NCBI GenBank assembly: GCA_963850305.1 | Contig: CAWKKR010000004.1 | Coordinates: 448,001 to 512,000, forward strand | Source of the DNA: an uncultured delta proteobacterium | Lineage (GTDB): Bacteria; Myxococcota_A; Polyangia; Polyangiales; Polyangiaceae | Reading direction: 5' to 3' | DNA length: 64,000 nt | Shown: positions 1 through 12,710 of the stretch, one piece after another | Numbering within the stretch: position 1 is the first letter of the stretch | Layout of the letters: every line of letters begins with the position of its first letter | Translations under genes and position numbers: made by a program | The notes under the pieces: model-generated | What the model saw: only the letters and a program-made list of their open reading frames with translations | Databases searched by the model: none | What the model was told of the DNA's origin: nothing

Positions 1-73
1 TCGAGGGGACGGCTCGGAGGGCTTCCGCCAACCCCGTTACTTCGAGGGCATTCGCCGCCCCGGAGGGTGAATC

Positions 74-538
74 ATGAGCAGCATGTCTTGGACCAAGCGC
101 CCGATGGTAATTGTCACTGCGGCCCTCATCGCTGCGGCCTGCAGTTCGAGCAGCAAGAAGAAGGTCACCGCGGACGCCGGGTCCGACTCTGGCGCGAAAT
201 GTGGCAATAGCAAGCTGGATACAGGGGAAGTGTGCGATGGCGCTCTGTTCGGCGGCAAGACTTGCAGCAGCGAAACAACCAACGCAAAGACCCTGGGAAC
301 GCTGACCTGCAGCGCCGACTGCAAGACGATCACGACGACGAGTTGCAGTGCGGCCGGCGGCGCCACGGGCACCGGCGGGGCGGGCACCGGCGGCATGAAG
401 ATGGACGGCGGCATGGACAGCGGCATGGACGGCAGCATGAAGATGGACGGCGGCATGGACAGCGGCATGAAGATGGACAGCGGCATGAAGGACAGCGGCA
501 TGAAGATGGACAGCGGTTCCGGCGGAGCCGCGAACTAA
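74..538 (+). CDS. Small Cys-rich lipoprotein with Met-rich low-complexity tail
   Basis: Lipobox IAAAC; myxobacterial Cys-repeat-like CGNSKLDTGEVCDG; C-terminal MKMDGGMDSG repeats. Confidence 0.75.
   Translation: MSSMSWTKRPMVIVTAALIAAACSSSSKKKVTADAGSDSGAKCGNSKLDTGEVCDGALFGGKTCSSETTNAKTLGTLTCSADCKTITTTSCSAAGGATGTGGAGTGGMKMDGGMDSGMDGSMKMDGGMDSGMKMDSGMKDSGMKMDSGSGGAAN
395..516 (+). repeat. Coding tandem repeat of ATGAAGATGGAC(A/G)GCGGC / ATGGACAGCGGC units
   Basis: Visible 12/18-bp units encoding MKMDGG/MDSG. Confidence 0.85.
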
Positions 539-583
539 GCGACTGCACCGAAGCGCTCCGCGGGACTCCCGCGAGAGCAAACG

Positions 584-614
584 ACGCCCCTCGAGATTCG
601 CTCTCAAGGGGCGT
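584..614. terminator. Hairpin between convergent genes, possible bidirectional terminator
   Basis: ACGCCCCTCGAGA-ttcgc-TCTCAAGGGGCGT, 13-bp stem with 1 mismatch; no strong U-tract. Confidence 0.5.
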
Positions 615-658
615 TCGTCATTGGGCGATGATGCGGGGGGCGTCCGGAAACGCGGGCC

Positions 659-1642
659 TCAAAGTTGCCCGCGCGCGATACCAGCAAGATCGGCGTCGAC
701 CATCATCTCGACCAGCTCCTTGAAGCCGACGGAAGGCTGCCACCCGAGCCTGTCACGCGCCTTGCCGTAATTGCCTCGAAGCAGCGAGACCTCGGCGGGC
801 CGGTAAAACCGCTCGTCGATCTTGACGAATTTGCTCCAGTCGAGCCCGGCGCGGGCAAACGCGATCTCGGCGAACTCCCGGACGGAGTGCGTCTCGTTCG
901 TCGCGACGACGTAATCGTCCGGCGTGTCTTGCTGCAACATCAGCCACATCGCCCGCACGTAGTCTCCAGCGAAGCCCCAGTCGCGGCGGGCGTCGAGATT
1001 GCCCAGGCGGAGCTCCGTTTCCTTGCCGGCCTTGATGCGTGCGACGGCGGTGCTGATCTTCCGCGTCACGAACTCGAACCCTCGACGCGGCGACTCGTGA
1101 TTGAAGAGGATGCCGTCCGTGGCGTGAAGACCGTAGGCTTCCCGGTAGTTTCGCACGAGGTGGAATGCTGCGACCTTCGAGATGCCGTAGGGCGACCGCG
1201 GGTGAAAGGGCGTCTCTTCGTTCTGGGGGCTCTCGTTGACGAGCCCGAACATCTCACTCGTCGCCGCGAAGTAGAACCGAGTGTGCGGGCTCCGCTCCTT
1301 GATCGCCGAAAGGAGGTACAGCGTCCCGTCGATGTTGGTGTCGAGCGTCGAGAACGCGTCCTCGAACGAGTAGCTGACGAAGCTCTGCGCGGCGAGATGA
1401 TAACACTCGTCCGGCTTGAGCCGCTCGACGAGCGCGAAGATGCTCGCATAGCTCTCGAGCGAGGCAGCGTGCAGGCTGACACGATCGACGATGTGGTTCA
1501 GTCGAAAGAGCCGGTGCTGTGGCGCCTCGAACGCGACCCGCCGCACCATCCCGTGCACCTCGTACCCCCGTTCGAGCAGGAACTCGGCCAGGTAGGAGCC
1601 ATCCTGGCCCGTGATTCCCGTGATGAGCGCGCGCTTCGTCAT
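659..1642 (-). CDS. gmd: GDP-mannose 4,6-dehydratase
   Basis: ALITGITGQDGSYLAE, HLAAQSFV, PRSPYGISK, LFNHESPRRG, LGNLDARRDWG. Confidence 0.95.
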   Translation of the reverse strand: MTKRALITGITGQDGSYLAEFLLERGYEVHGMVRRVAFEAPQHRLFRLNHIVDRVSLHAASLESYASIFALVERLKPDECYHLAAQSFVSYSFEDAFSTLDTNIDGTLYLLSAIKERSPHTRFYFAATSEMFGLVNESPQNEETPFHPRSPYGISKVAAFHLVRNYREAYGLHATDGILFNHESPRRGFEFVTRKISTAVARIKAGKETELRLGNLDARRDWGFAGDYVRAMWLMLQQDTPDDYVVATNETHSVREFAEIAFARAGLDWSKFVKIDERFYRPAEVSLLRGNYGKARDRLGWQPSVGFKELVEMMVDADLAGIARGQL

Positions 1643-1791
1643 CGGTGTTGAACGATCGACCGGCGCGACTTTGCCCGGTAACTTCGCGACGGCAGGTTAT
1701 ACACGCTCGACCGCACGGTGGGGAAGAGCGCCGGGGGCCATGCTATGAGGGGGCGGGCTTGGACTCCAACCAATCCCGGGAGCATAGAGCG

Positions 1792-2715
1792 ATGCGCATC
1801 GTGGTTACGGGCGGGGCGGGGTTCATCGGTTCGAACATCTCCGACGCTCTCGTCGAGCGCGGGCACGAAGTGCTCGTCCTCGACGACCTGTCGTCGGGGC
1901 GCACCGAGAACGTTCCCGCAAAGGCCAGGCTCGTGGAACTGGACGTGTCCTCGCCGGAGGTGCGCGCGATCTTCGAAAAGTTCAAACCCGACGTGCTCTG
2001 TCACCACGCCGCGCAGATCGACGTTCGGCGCTCCGTCGCCGATCCGGCCTTCGATGCCGAGGTAAACGTCGTGGGCTCCGTCCGGCTGCTCGAGATCTGC
2101 CGCGCCGTAGGGACACGGCGCGTCCTGTTTGCGTCGACCGGGGGAGCCATCTACGGGGAGCAAGATGCGTTTCCCGCAACGGAGGCTCACCCCGCGAGAC
2201 CGGTGTCGCCCTACGGCGTGGCGAAGCTCTCGGTCGAGCATTATTTGCACTATTACGCAGTCGAGCATGGGTTTCGCCCCACACGGCTCCGCTACGCGAA
2301 CGTCTACGGCCCGCGTCAGAACCCGCACGGGGAGGCAGGCGTGGTCGCGATCTTCACCGACAAGTTTCTCGCAGGCCAGGAACCCGTGATCAATGGAACG
2401 GGCGAGCAGACGCGGGATTTCGTGTTCGTCGGCGACGTGGTGAGAGCGAATCTCGCCGCACTCGATCACGATCTCCTGGGCGCCTTCAACGTCGGAACCG
2501 GCGTGGAGACGTCCGTCAACGAGCTTTACGAGGCGCTCCGCGTCGCAACGGGCTCGAGCGCGCGGGTGAAGCACGTGCCGGGCAAGGCCGGCGAGCAGAT
2601 GCGTTCGTCGCTGGACGCCACGGCGCTTAAGACGGCCACGGGATGGAAACCGACGACGCCCCTCGAGGAGGGCCTGCGCGCGACCGTCGCGTTTTTCAAG
2701 AGCCGCGTACGGTAG
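1792..2715 (+). CDS. NAD-dependent epimerase/dehydratase (UDP-glucose 4-epimerase-like extended SDR)
   Basis: VTGGAGFIGS, STGGAIYG, SPYGVAK (YxxxK), RYANVYGPRQ, TRDFVFV; ATG 1792 preferred start. Confidence 0.9.
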   Translation: MRIVVTGGAGFIGSNISDALVERGHEVLVLDDLSSGRTENVPAKARLVELDVSSPEVRAIFEKFKPDVLCHHAAQIDVRRSVADPAFDAEVNVVGSVRLLEICRAVGTRRVLFASTGGAIYGEQDAFPATEAHPARPVSPYGVAKLSVEHYLHYYAVEHGFRPTRLRYANVYGPRQNPHGEAGVVAIFTDKFLAGQEPVINGTGEQTRDFVFVGDVVRANLAALDHDLLGAFNVGTGVETSVNELYEALRVATGSSARVKHVPGKAGEQMRSSLDATALKTATGWKPTTPLEEGLRATVAFFKSRVR

Positions 2716-2722
2716 GGATTGT

Positions 2723-5105
2723 CTAGGGAGCGCGGAGGCGGAGGGGGAGGCGTAGCGAGTCGTCGGGCGGAGCTTTGTCGTACAGGAACTCGTAGGCGGC
2801 GCGGGCTGCGAGGACGCGCTTCGTGTATCGGCGTGTCTCGAGATACGGAATCGATTCGACCCAGACGTCGAAGTCGACCGCGGGACGCTCCGTTTCCCAT
2901 TGGCGCGAGCGAGCCAGGCCGGCGTTGTAGCTGGGGATCGCCAGAAGCGTGTCTTCCGGAAATGTCTTCGCGAGCTCCGCGAGGAGGCGGCACCCGATCG
3001 CGATGTTGACCGACGGGCGAAGGAGAAGCAGCGGCGTAGGACGGAGGCCTAGGGGCCGACCGTACTGTCGCGCGGTAGGTTCGATGAGTTGCATCAACCC
3101 GTAAGCCTTCGCCGGGCTCTCCGCTTCGGGATCGAACGACGACTCTTCGCGCATGATGGCGTAGACGAGGCTCTCCGCAACGTTGCTACGCTTCGCTTCG
3201 CGACTGACCACGTCGTGATACGGCCTCGGAAATGCGACCTGCCATGCGCGGGACCAGTCGCCGGAGGGCCAGCGTCCGAGCCAGTCCGTCAACAGGCCGT
3301 CGGTGACATCGTGAGAGAGCTTCGCCGCGCCGGCGCGCGCGTAGAGCAGTGCGACGGCCCAAAGGATCCGCGGCAGCGTCGTTGCCTTCAGCACGCCGAG
3401 CGCGTCCATTTCCGCGGGACGCGTTCGCGACGTCGCCCACCCGGAGCAACTCGAGCGCGCGCCTGAACCCGGGCGAATCGAACGCGGGGATGCGCGCAAA
3501 CGTGAAGGCCTCCGCGGCCGAACGCTTCTCGGCGTCCTCGAGGGCGCGGGCCGCGCGCGGGGCGTCCACCGCCGCGAGTCGGGAATATGCGTGAAGCATG
3601 TAATACGAAAGCGGCAGCTCCCGGATGATGCCCTCGTACTCCGCCAGGCTCTTCTCCCTCTCGCCGAGCTCGCCCCAGGCGCGGGCGCGAAAGTATCGTT
3701 CGCGCCCGGCGAACTCCTGCCCGCGCTTCGTGTCGTTGGGCTCTGCCATCGACGTCGCGCGCTCCAGAACGGTCGCCGCGCTCGCCCAGTCCCCCTTTTC
3801 GATCCGGAAGGTCGCGAGGGCAAACATGCCGTCGAGGACCATGTCGCCGCTCGGATAATCATCCGGCATGCGCGTGAGCAACTCGGTGAACCGGTCATCG
3901 GCGCCCAGTTCCTTGCAACAAAGCGCGCGCTTCAGCCGGGCATCGTCCGCGAGACGGTTCCCCGGACAGCTGGCCTCGAGCATCTCGTAGTGGCGTATCG
4001 CATCGGCGAAGCGTTTGTCCTCCGTCGCATATTTCCCCGCCAGAAATAGCCCCTGGGCGCGGTCGTCGACGTCTTCGCACTTCTGTCCCACGTCTGCCGC
4101 GGCTGTCTCGGCCCCTCGCAAGTCGTGGACCCCCGCCAGGGCGCGCGCTCGAAGTAGCCACGCGGCGCAGCTCTGTTGCGTGGCGACGCTGCCGAGCGCC
4201 GCCACGAGCCCGTTCGCGAGGGGAACCGCGTCGAGAAACTGCTTCGCGTCCACCAGCGCGGCGAGGCGTTCGAGATCTTCCTCCGGGCTCGGGAGTGCGT
4301 GGGCCGTCCGCTCTGGTTCCGGCAGCATCGAGAGCGCTCTGGCTTCGAGCGCTCTTGCGCGTGCCGTCTGGACGGGCTCCGTGACGCGAGCAAGGGCTCG
4401 GCGCGCGAGCGATAAGGCTTCCCGGCCCGCGGCGGGGACCCCGGGATCGCCGGGGGGTGCGGCCAGCGCGCGCGCCACGAGCAACTCGCCGAGGCGCAGG
4501 GAAAGAGGAATGACGTCGTCCGACGCGTTCTCCTTCGCGAGGTGCTCGCGCCACACGACCAGAGCGAGGCTCGAGTCCCCGAGTGCCAGTGCTGCCTCGG
4601 CGGATTCGAGACGCGCATCCTCGTGGATCGGTTGGTCCGCGGGCACTTTTCGAAGCACGCTCAACGCTTCCGACGAACGTCCGGCAAGACGGAGAGCACG
4701 CCCCTCCGCGAGCCAGGCGTAGCCGGACAACGCCCACGTAGGGGCGGCCGCAGCCTCGTAGGCGGTCGCAGCTCCCGGAAAGTCCATCGCCGCCTCGCGA
4801 AGTCTCCCCAGGAGAAAGTCGAAGCTTCGTGTCTTGTCGTCGGGCGGTCGCCCCTTGAGAACACTCTCGACGGCGACGGCGGCACGAGCCGCGTCGCCCG
4901 CTTCGAGCGCCTCTGCCGCCGTGCGCAGCTCGGGGGCCGACAGGAGCGGCGAGAAGAGCTCCACGTCCAATCTCGTGGCCGTGCCCACGGCCGAAGGCGC
5001 TGGCGAGGGAGGTACGGCCACCTTCATGGTCGCAACACCGCGAGGCTCCGCGGAGCAGCCGAGGACGAACGCGAGACAGAAGGGCGCCGCGGAGCGCGCC
5101 CTCAT
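2723..5105 (-). CDS. Lipoprotein lytic transglycosylase (helical/TPR N-terminus + SLT domain), frameshifted at ~3413
   Basis: Lipobox VLGC in ORF 3186..5141; SLT motifs AIMREESSF, AYGLMQL, SYNAG, ETRRYTKRV in ORF 2723..3898; removing one base at 3412-3413 joins them (ANASR-EMDALG). Confidence 0.85.
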
Positions 5106-5596
5106 CGCGGCTGGACCTTGCCGCGCACCCGGGATCGCCACCCTTCTTCTGCATCCTCGTCCTCGCGGGCGCGAGCCGACGCGCGGTCGCTCGCGCGAAC
5201 CCGTTCCTGGTGGTCCGAGACCAATTTCTCCGCCGTGCTCGCCGCTGCAAGCCGGGCCGCGGCCCTCAGCTCTTCCTGCTCGGCCCCTCGCACCTGCTCC
5301 GCGGCCGCACGTTCCGCACTGACCGTCGCGGCGACCCGACGTTCCGCCTCCGCGAGGAACGCATCGGCGTGGACCAGCGCTGCGACGCTCACCTTCCCGA
5401 GCCCGTCCTGCAGCGAGTCCCCTCGAAGCGTCTCTTCGAGCCTCTGCTGCTCGGTTGCGCGACGTGCGCGCGCCTGGAGAGCGGCGGTCTCCGCGACTCG
5501 CTTCCGTGCGGTAGCAGCCGCGAACTCGGTCGCGCTCTGCTCCCGCACGGTCGTGCGAAGCTTTCGGAGTAACTCTAGTGGCTTCGAACGGCCCAC
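5102..5596 (-). CDS. Coiled-coil protein, FliJ/SctO-like
   Basis: 164 aa, helical Ala/Glu/Arg-rich; N-terminal PLELLRKLR and C-terminal REDEDAEE; ATGA overlap with slt. Confidence 0.55.
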   Translation of the reverse strand: MGRSKPLELLRKLRTTVREQSATEFAAATARKRVAETAALQARARRATEQQRLEETLRGDSLQDGLGKVSVAALVHADAFLAEAERRVAATVSAERAAAEQVRGAEQEELRAAARLAAASTAEKLVSDHQERVRASDRASARAREDEDAEEGWRSRVRGKVQPR

Positions 5597-5644
5597 GGCA
5601 GAGACACGGTACCCCAGGACGCGGGCCCGTTCACGCCGCCCGGC

Positions 5645-5932
5645 TCACTTTCGAACCCGCACCATTCTGAGCCCTGCACCCGTCCGCATGATCGTGTCCG
5701 ACCACTCCGCTCCGAGGTGTACATAGCGAATCTGAACGCCGGTGGCCCGCCCGGACAGAAGGAGATCCCGCGCCTCGCGCAAGGTCGGCAGGTCGCTTAC
5801 CGTAATGGCTGCGCCTCGAATCAGGACCCCGATGACCCGGGTTTCCAGCGAAAGCTCGGAGAAAAACCCCTCGACGTCGGCGTCGTCGACGACGGTCGAC
5901 CGCATCTCGGGCCACTCGAGGAGGCTGGCCAT
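5645..5932 (-). CDS. Hypothetical protein
   Basis: 95-aa globular-looking ORF (GVQIRY...WSDTIM), co-oriented between carB and the coiled-coil gene. Confidence 0.55.
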   Translation of the reverse strand: MASLLEWPEMRSTVVDDADVEGFFSELSLETRVIGVLIRGAAITVSDLPTLREARDLLLSGRATGVQIRYVHLGAEWSDTIMRTGAGLRMVRVRK

Positions 5933-5984
5933 GACCGACCATACTCGCCGATGAGCGCGGGAACCTCCCGTCAGCGTCGTCGCA

Positions 5985-9323
<3,339 letters not shown>

Positions 9324-9418
9324 GTTCTCGGGTGCCCGGCGTCGGCACCAGGCGGGCGAAGAGTCTCCGCGCGTCTAGCACAGCCCCGTCCACGGACCGA
9401 GGCAAATGGCCAGAACGC

Positions 9419-9997
9419 TCAGCGTCCTCTCGACTTCGCCGTCTTGCCCTCGTCTTTTTTGCCGAGGTCGCAATTGACTTCGCCGGACGCCACCGTGCAT
9501 CCCCCCGCCCCGGGACACTGCGCGGCCACCGCGAACTTCCCGTCATGGCAGGTCAGAACGCTCTTCGCGTCCAGACTGCACGAGTTCGTCGTACCGTGGC
9601 ATGGGTCGCCTTCCTGGCTCTTCGACTGGTCACAGCGAATGACGCCGGTTTCGCCTCGACACCCCTGCTCGCCCCTGCAAGCGTCGATCGCATACCTCCC
9701 ATCGCGGCACGTGATGCGTCCCTTGTCGCCGATGCACTGGGCGACACCCTCTTCGTCTTTCGAGCAGGGATCGCCGTCGGCGTTGCCGGTCACGTCGCAG
9801 GTGAGACGCTTGGCGTCCTCCCGGCAGCCCATCGGGCCCTTGCACGGCGTCGAGATAAAGACCCCGTCCTCGCACGCGAGCTCCGTTTTTCCGTCCACGC
9901 ACCGGATGTCGGTCTTCTTGCAAGAGTCGCCGGGGCCAGGCGTCCGATTGCAGGACAGGAGAAGAAGACACGCAACATACGAAAGGGCATCCCGCAT
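9419..9997 (-). CDS. Cys-rich repeat lipoprotein
   Basis: Lipobox LLLSC; three repeats ending C-x-G-x-x-GC. Confidence 0.75.
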   Translation of the reverse strand: MRDALSYVACLLLLSCNRTPGPGDSCKKTDIRCVDGKTELACEDGVFISTPCKGPMGCREDAKRLTCDVTGNADGDPCSKDEEGVAQCIGDKGRITCRDGRYAIDACRGEQGCRGETGVIRCDQSKSQEGDPCHGTTNSCSLDAKSVLTCHDGKFAVAAQCPGAGGCTVASGEVNCDLGKKDEGKTAKSRGR

Positions 9998-10095
9998 TCA
10001 AGACCAGGAGCTTACCTCAGCGAGGCCGGGGAGAGCGAATCTCACCTGGCCACGGACGCGTCCGTCCTCGGGGAGACCATGGCCGTCGACGGAGA

Positions 10096-11472
10096 TCACG
10101 CCAGCTCTGCCGGGGGAAGGGGTCCTCCTTCCGCGGCGTGGAAGGCCTCTTCTTGAATCCCCTTCCCTGACTCACCCGTGCGGTCGAGCGCGAACTTGAA
10201 CAGCACGGGACCGGCGAGCTCGTTCAGTGCGACGCTCGCGATCGCGAGGGACCGGAACTCCGAACCGAAGCTCGGAAACGTGCGCTCGATGACGACCGTC
10301 ATGCCAATCGTGAGCCCCGCTTGCGAGACCAGGGACGCCCACCCCCAGTTTCGCACCGGAGGATCCTCACGGGACAGCCGTGTGCTCAGCCGGTGCGCGC
10401 CCCAGATCACGCAAACGCGGGCAACCCCGAGGTAGACCGCGATCGGCCACAGCTCGCGAACCAGATCGAGATTGAGGTGTGCGCCCGCGGTCGCGAAGAA
10501 CACCACGTAGACGACGTTGCCCGTGCGATCGACCGCGGCGAGGAGCTTTGGACCTTGCTCGCTGAAGTTCGCGACGACGAAGCCGGCGATCATGAACGCC
10601 AGGAGCGGGTCGAATCTCAGGTAGTGGAGCCCCTCGGTGAGCCCGAATCCGAGAGCGATGAGGACGAGCAACAGTCCGCCGCCGATGAGCCACAGGTAAG
10701 CTGCAAGGAGGAGGCCCAGGGTGGTACCGAGCGAAATGCTGCCGAGGACCTCCCGTGCGAGGTCACGAAACGCGGCGAGAGAGAGGCCGGCACCGGGATC
10801 CACGAGCGGGCGCGCCAGGGCGATGGCCACGGTGAGCAACACAGCGGCGAGGACGTCGGACGAGATGACGAGGGCCAGCGAGAAGCGCGACACCGGGCCG
10901 TCCGGACGAAGCTGCGAGAAGATGCCGAGCGTCGCCGAGGGACTGTGACACACGGCGAGAGTGCCCCAGAGCAAGCCGATCCCGAGACGGCACGAGAGCC
11001 CGAGACCCGCGGTGAAGGGAAGAAAGCGCGTGATCGCGACGAACGCGACCGCATTGAAGAGCATCCCGAAGCCGCACTGGAGCGGGATGGCCGAGACCAA
11101 GCTTCGGAGCACTTGCTTCAGGAGGTCGATCCGAAGCTGAGCCCCGCCGGCGAGCGCGATGAGTGAAAGCGCCAGCGTGTTGACGGGCTCGAGCCGCTGC
11201 ACGGCGTGATGGTCCACCAGCCGGAACACGTACGGGCCAGCCAGGGCGCCCGCGAGAAGATACCCGGTGAGATGCGGTAATCCGACGAGCTCGAGAAGTC
11301 CGCTGGCGAGCATTCCGGCGAGCAGCAGAAAGCCCATCGCCGTGAGGACTCCTGAAGTGCCTTCGGAGGGCGTGACGGCGCGGGTCGCGCCGAACATCAC
11401 ACCCGATACCACCAGCAGCGCGAGCAACTGTGCGATCCGCTGACCCGCTCCGCCCTTCCGCCCGCCGCTCAT
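10096..11472 (-). CDS. Cation:proton antiporter (CPA-fold)
   Basis: ~12 TM; LPHLTGYLLAG, SPSAT, SQAGLTIG, NELAGP; ATG 11472 overlaps upstream stop. Confidence 0.85.
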   Translation of the reverse strand: MSGGRKGGAGQRIAQLLALLVVSGVMFGATRAVTPSEGTSGVLTAMGFLLLAGMLASGLLELVGLPHLTGYLLAGALAGPYVFRLVDHHAVQRLEPVNTLALSLIALAGGAQLRIDLLKQVLRSLVSAIPLQCGFGMLFNAVAFVAITRFLPFTAGLGLSCRLGIGLLWGTLAVCHSPSATLGIFSQLRPDGPVSRFSLALVISSDVLAAVLLTVAIALARPLVDPGAGLSLAAFRDLAREVLGSISLGTTLGLLLAAYLWLIGGGLLLVLIALGFGLTEGLHYLRFDPLLAFMIAGFVVANFSEQGPKLLAAVDRTGNVVYVVFFATAGAHLNLDLVRELWPIAVYLGVARVCVIWGAHRLSTRLSREDPPVRNWGWASLVSQAGLTIGMTVVIERTFPSFGSEFRSLAIASVALNELAGPVLFKFALDRTGESGKGIQEEAFHAAEGGPLPPAELA

Positions 11473-12710
11473 GGCGACGCCTCCCCGGATCCTCGCTCGG
11501 CAACGCCGGGAGACAGCGCGGCGGGCTCCGAAATTTCTCCGGCAAGCTTCAACGCCCGCCGGAGTCCGGGAGGTCCGAAGATCTCCCCGACGAGTGCGAG
11601 CCCGACCGCGACGGTCAGGATGGCGGCGCCCGCGGGTTCCGGAAACCGATTCGCGAAGGACAGGGCCACCGTGACGCTCAGAGCGCCGCTGGTGAGCAGA
11701 CCCAGCCCGACCGACGAGGCGGCGCCACCCGGTGCCGGGGCCAGCCACGTGATCACCGGGCCGGCGGCGAGTCGAAGCACTGCGCGCGTGCCTAGCGATA
11801 ACGCCAGAAGCACGAGCAGCGAAACGCCCCCTCCGAGATCGACGTCCGCGCCGGCGAGGAGCAGCGTCGGAAGAAGTACGGCCTGCTCGGAGCGGGCGAG
11901 CATGGCTCGAAGCTCCTTGCCGTGACGCGAGAAGAACGAGACCGACAAGCCGAGGGCAAAGGTCGTCGCTTGCGGCGCAAGTCCGAGTCTCCAGGCGATC
12001 CCGACGCCGAGGAGCGTCGCGCCGATGAGCACCCCCCAGCCGTCGCTCGCTCGAGGCTCGGAACGCAGCAAGGCGGCCGCGGTCCCTCCGAGGACGACCC
12101 CGACGAGCAACGTGACCGCGGCCCACGCCCAGAACGGCAGGTGGAGCGTGGTCATCGGTGAATCGACGGCGGGAAAAAACAGGGCGCTGGCGAGGAGCGG
12201 CGCGAGATTGTCCGAGTCGGCCATGTCGGCGACGAGGCGCGACAGATCCCCGGAGGGGGACGTTCGGCCGGCGACGACCCGCACCACGTGTCGCGTCGTT
12301 TCGGACGCCACGATGCCCACTCCGCCGGCAACCAGCGTGAGCTCCCGTCCGCGGAACGACAGGAAGCGCGGGCCGAGAAAGTAGATGAGGGCCGCGATCG
12401 AACCCATCGTCGCGAGCGCGAGCAGAACGCCGAGCGTGAAGCCGCGAAAGCGAACGCGAGCGCCGTCGCGATAACCGTACTCGGCGCCGACCACGAGCGC
12501 GAACCACGCGGTCCCGACGACCGAGACGGGCTCGAACGCGTGCAGCGTCGACCGTTCGGCGAGGCCGAGCGCGAGGGGACCGAGGGCGAGCCCCAGAAGC
12601 AGATATTCCGCGCCCGACGCCAGCCGGTACCCGCCGGTACCGCTGCTCATGAGCTGACTTCCGACGTAGGCGACCAGCAAGAGCCCGAGGAGCAGAGCGA
12701 CGGCGCTCAC
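11469..12710 (-). CDS. Divergent cation:proton antiporter-like membrane protein
   Basis: ~12 TM; GAEYLLLGLALGP, ADSDNL, GEIFGP parallel the motifs of the neighbour. Confidence 0.7.
   Translation of the reverse strand: MSAVALLLGLLLVAYVGSQLMSSGTGGYRLASGAEYLLLGLALGPLALGLAERSTLHAFEPVSVVGTAWFALVVGAEYGYRDGARVRFRGFTLGVLLALATMGSIAALIYFLGPRFLSFRGRELTLVAGGVGIVASETTRHVVRVVAGRTSPSGDLSRLVADMADSDNLAPLLASALFFPAVDSPMTTLHLPFWAWAAVTLLVGVVLGGTAAALLRSEPRASDGWGVLIGATLLGVGIAWRLGLAPQATTFALGLSVSFFSRHGKELRAMLARSEQAVLLPTLLLAGADVDLGGGVSLLVLLALSLGTRAVLRLAAGPVITWLAPAPGGAASSVGLGLLTSGALSVTVALSFANRFPEPAGAAILTVAVGLALVGEIFGPPGLRRALKLAGEISEPAALSPGVAERGSGEASP

Noticed and set aside
659..2715. O-antigen or EPS cluster around gmd and the epimerase
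   Set aside because: Only two divergent nucleotide-sugar genes, with no glycosyltransferase, flippase or polymerase adjacent
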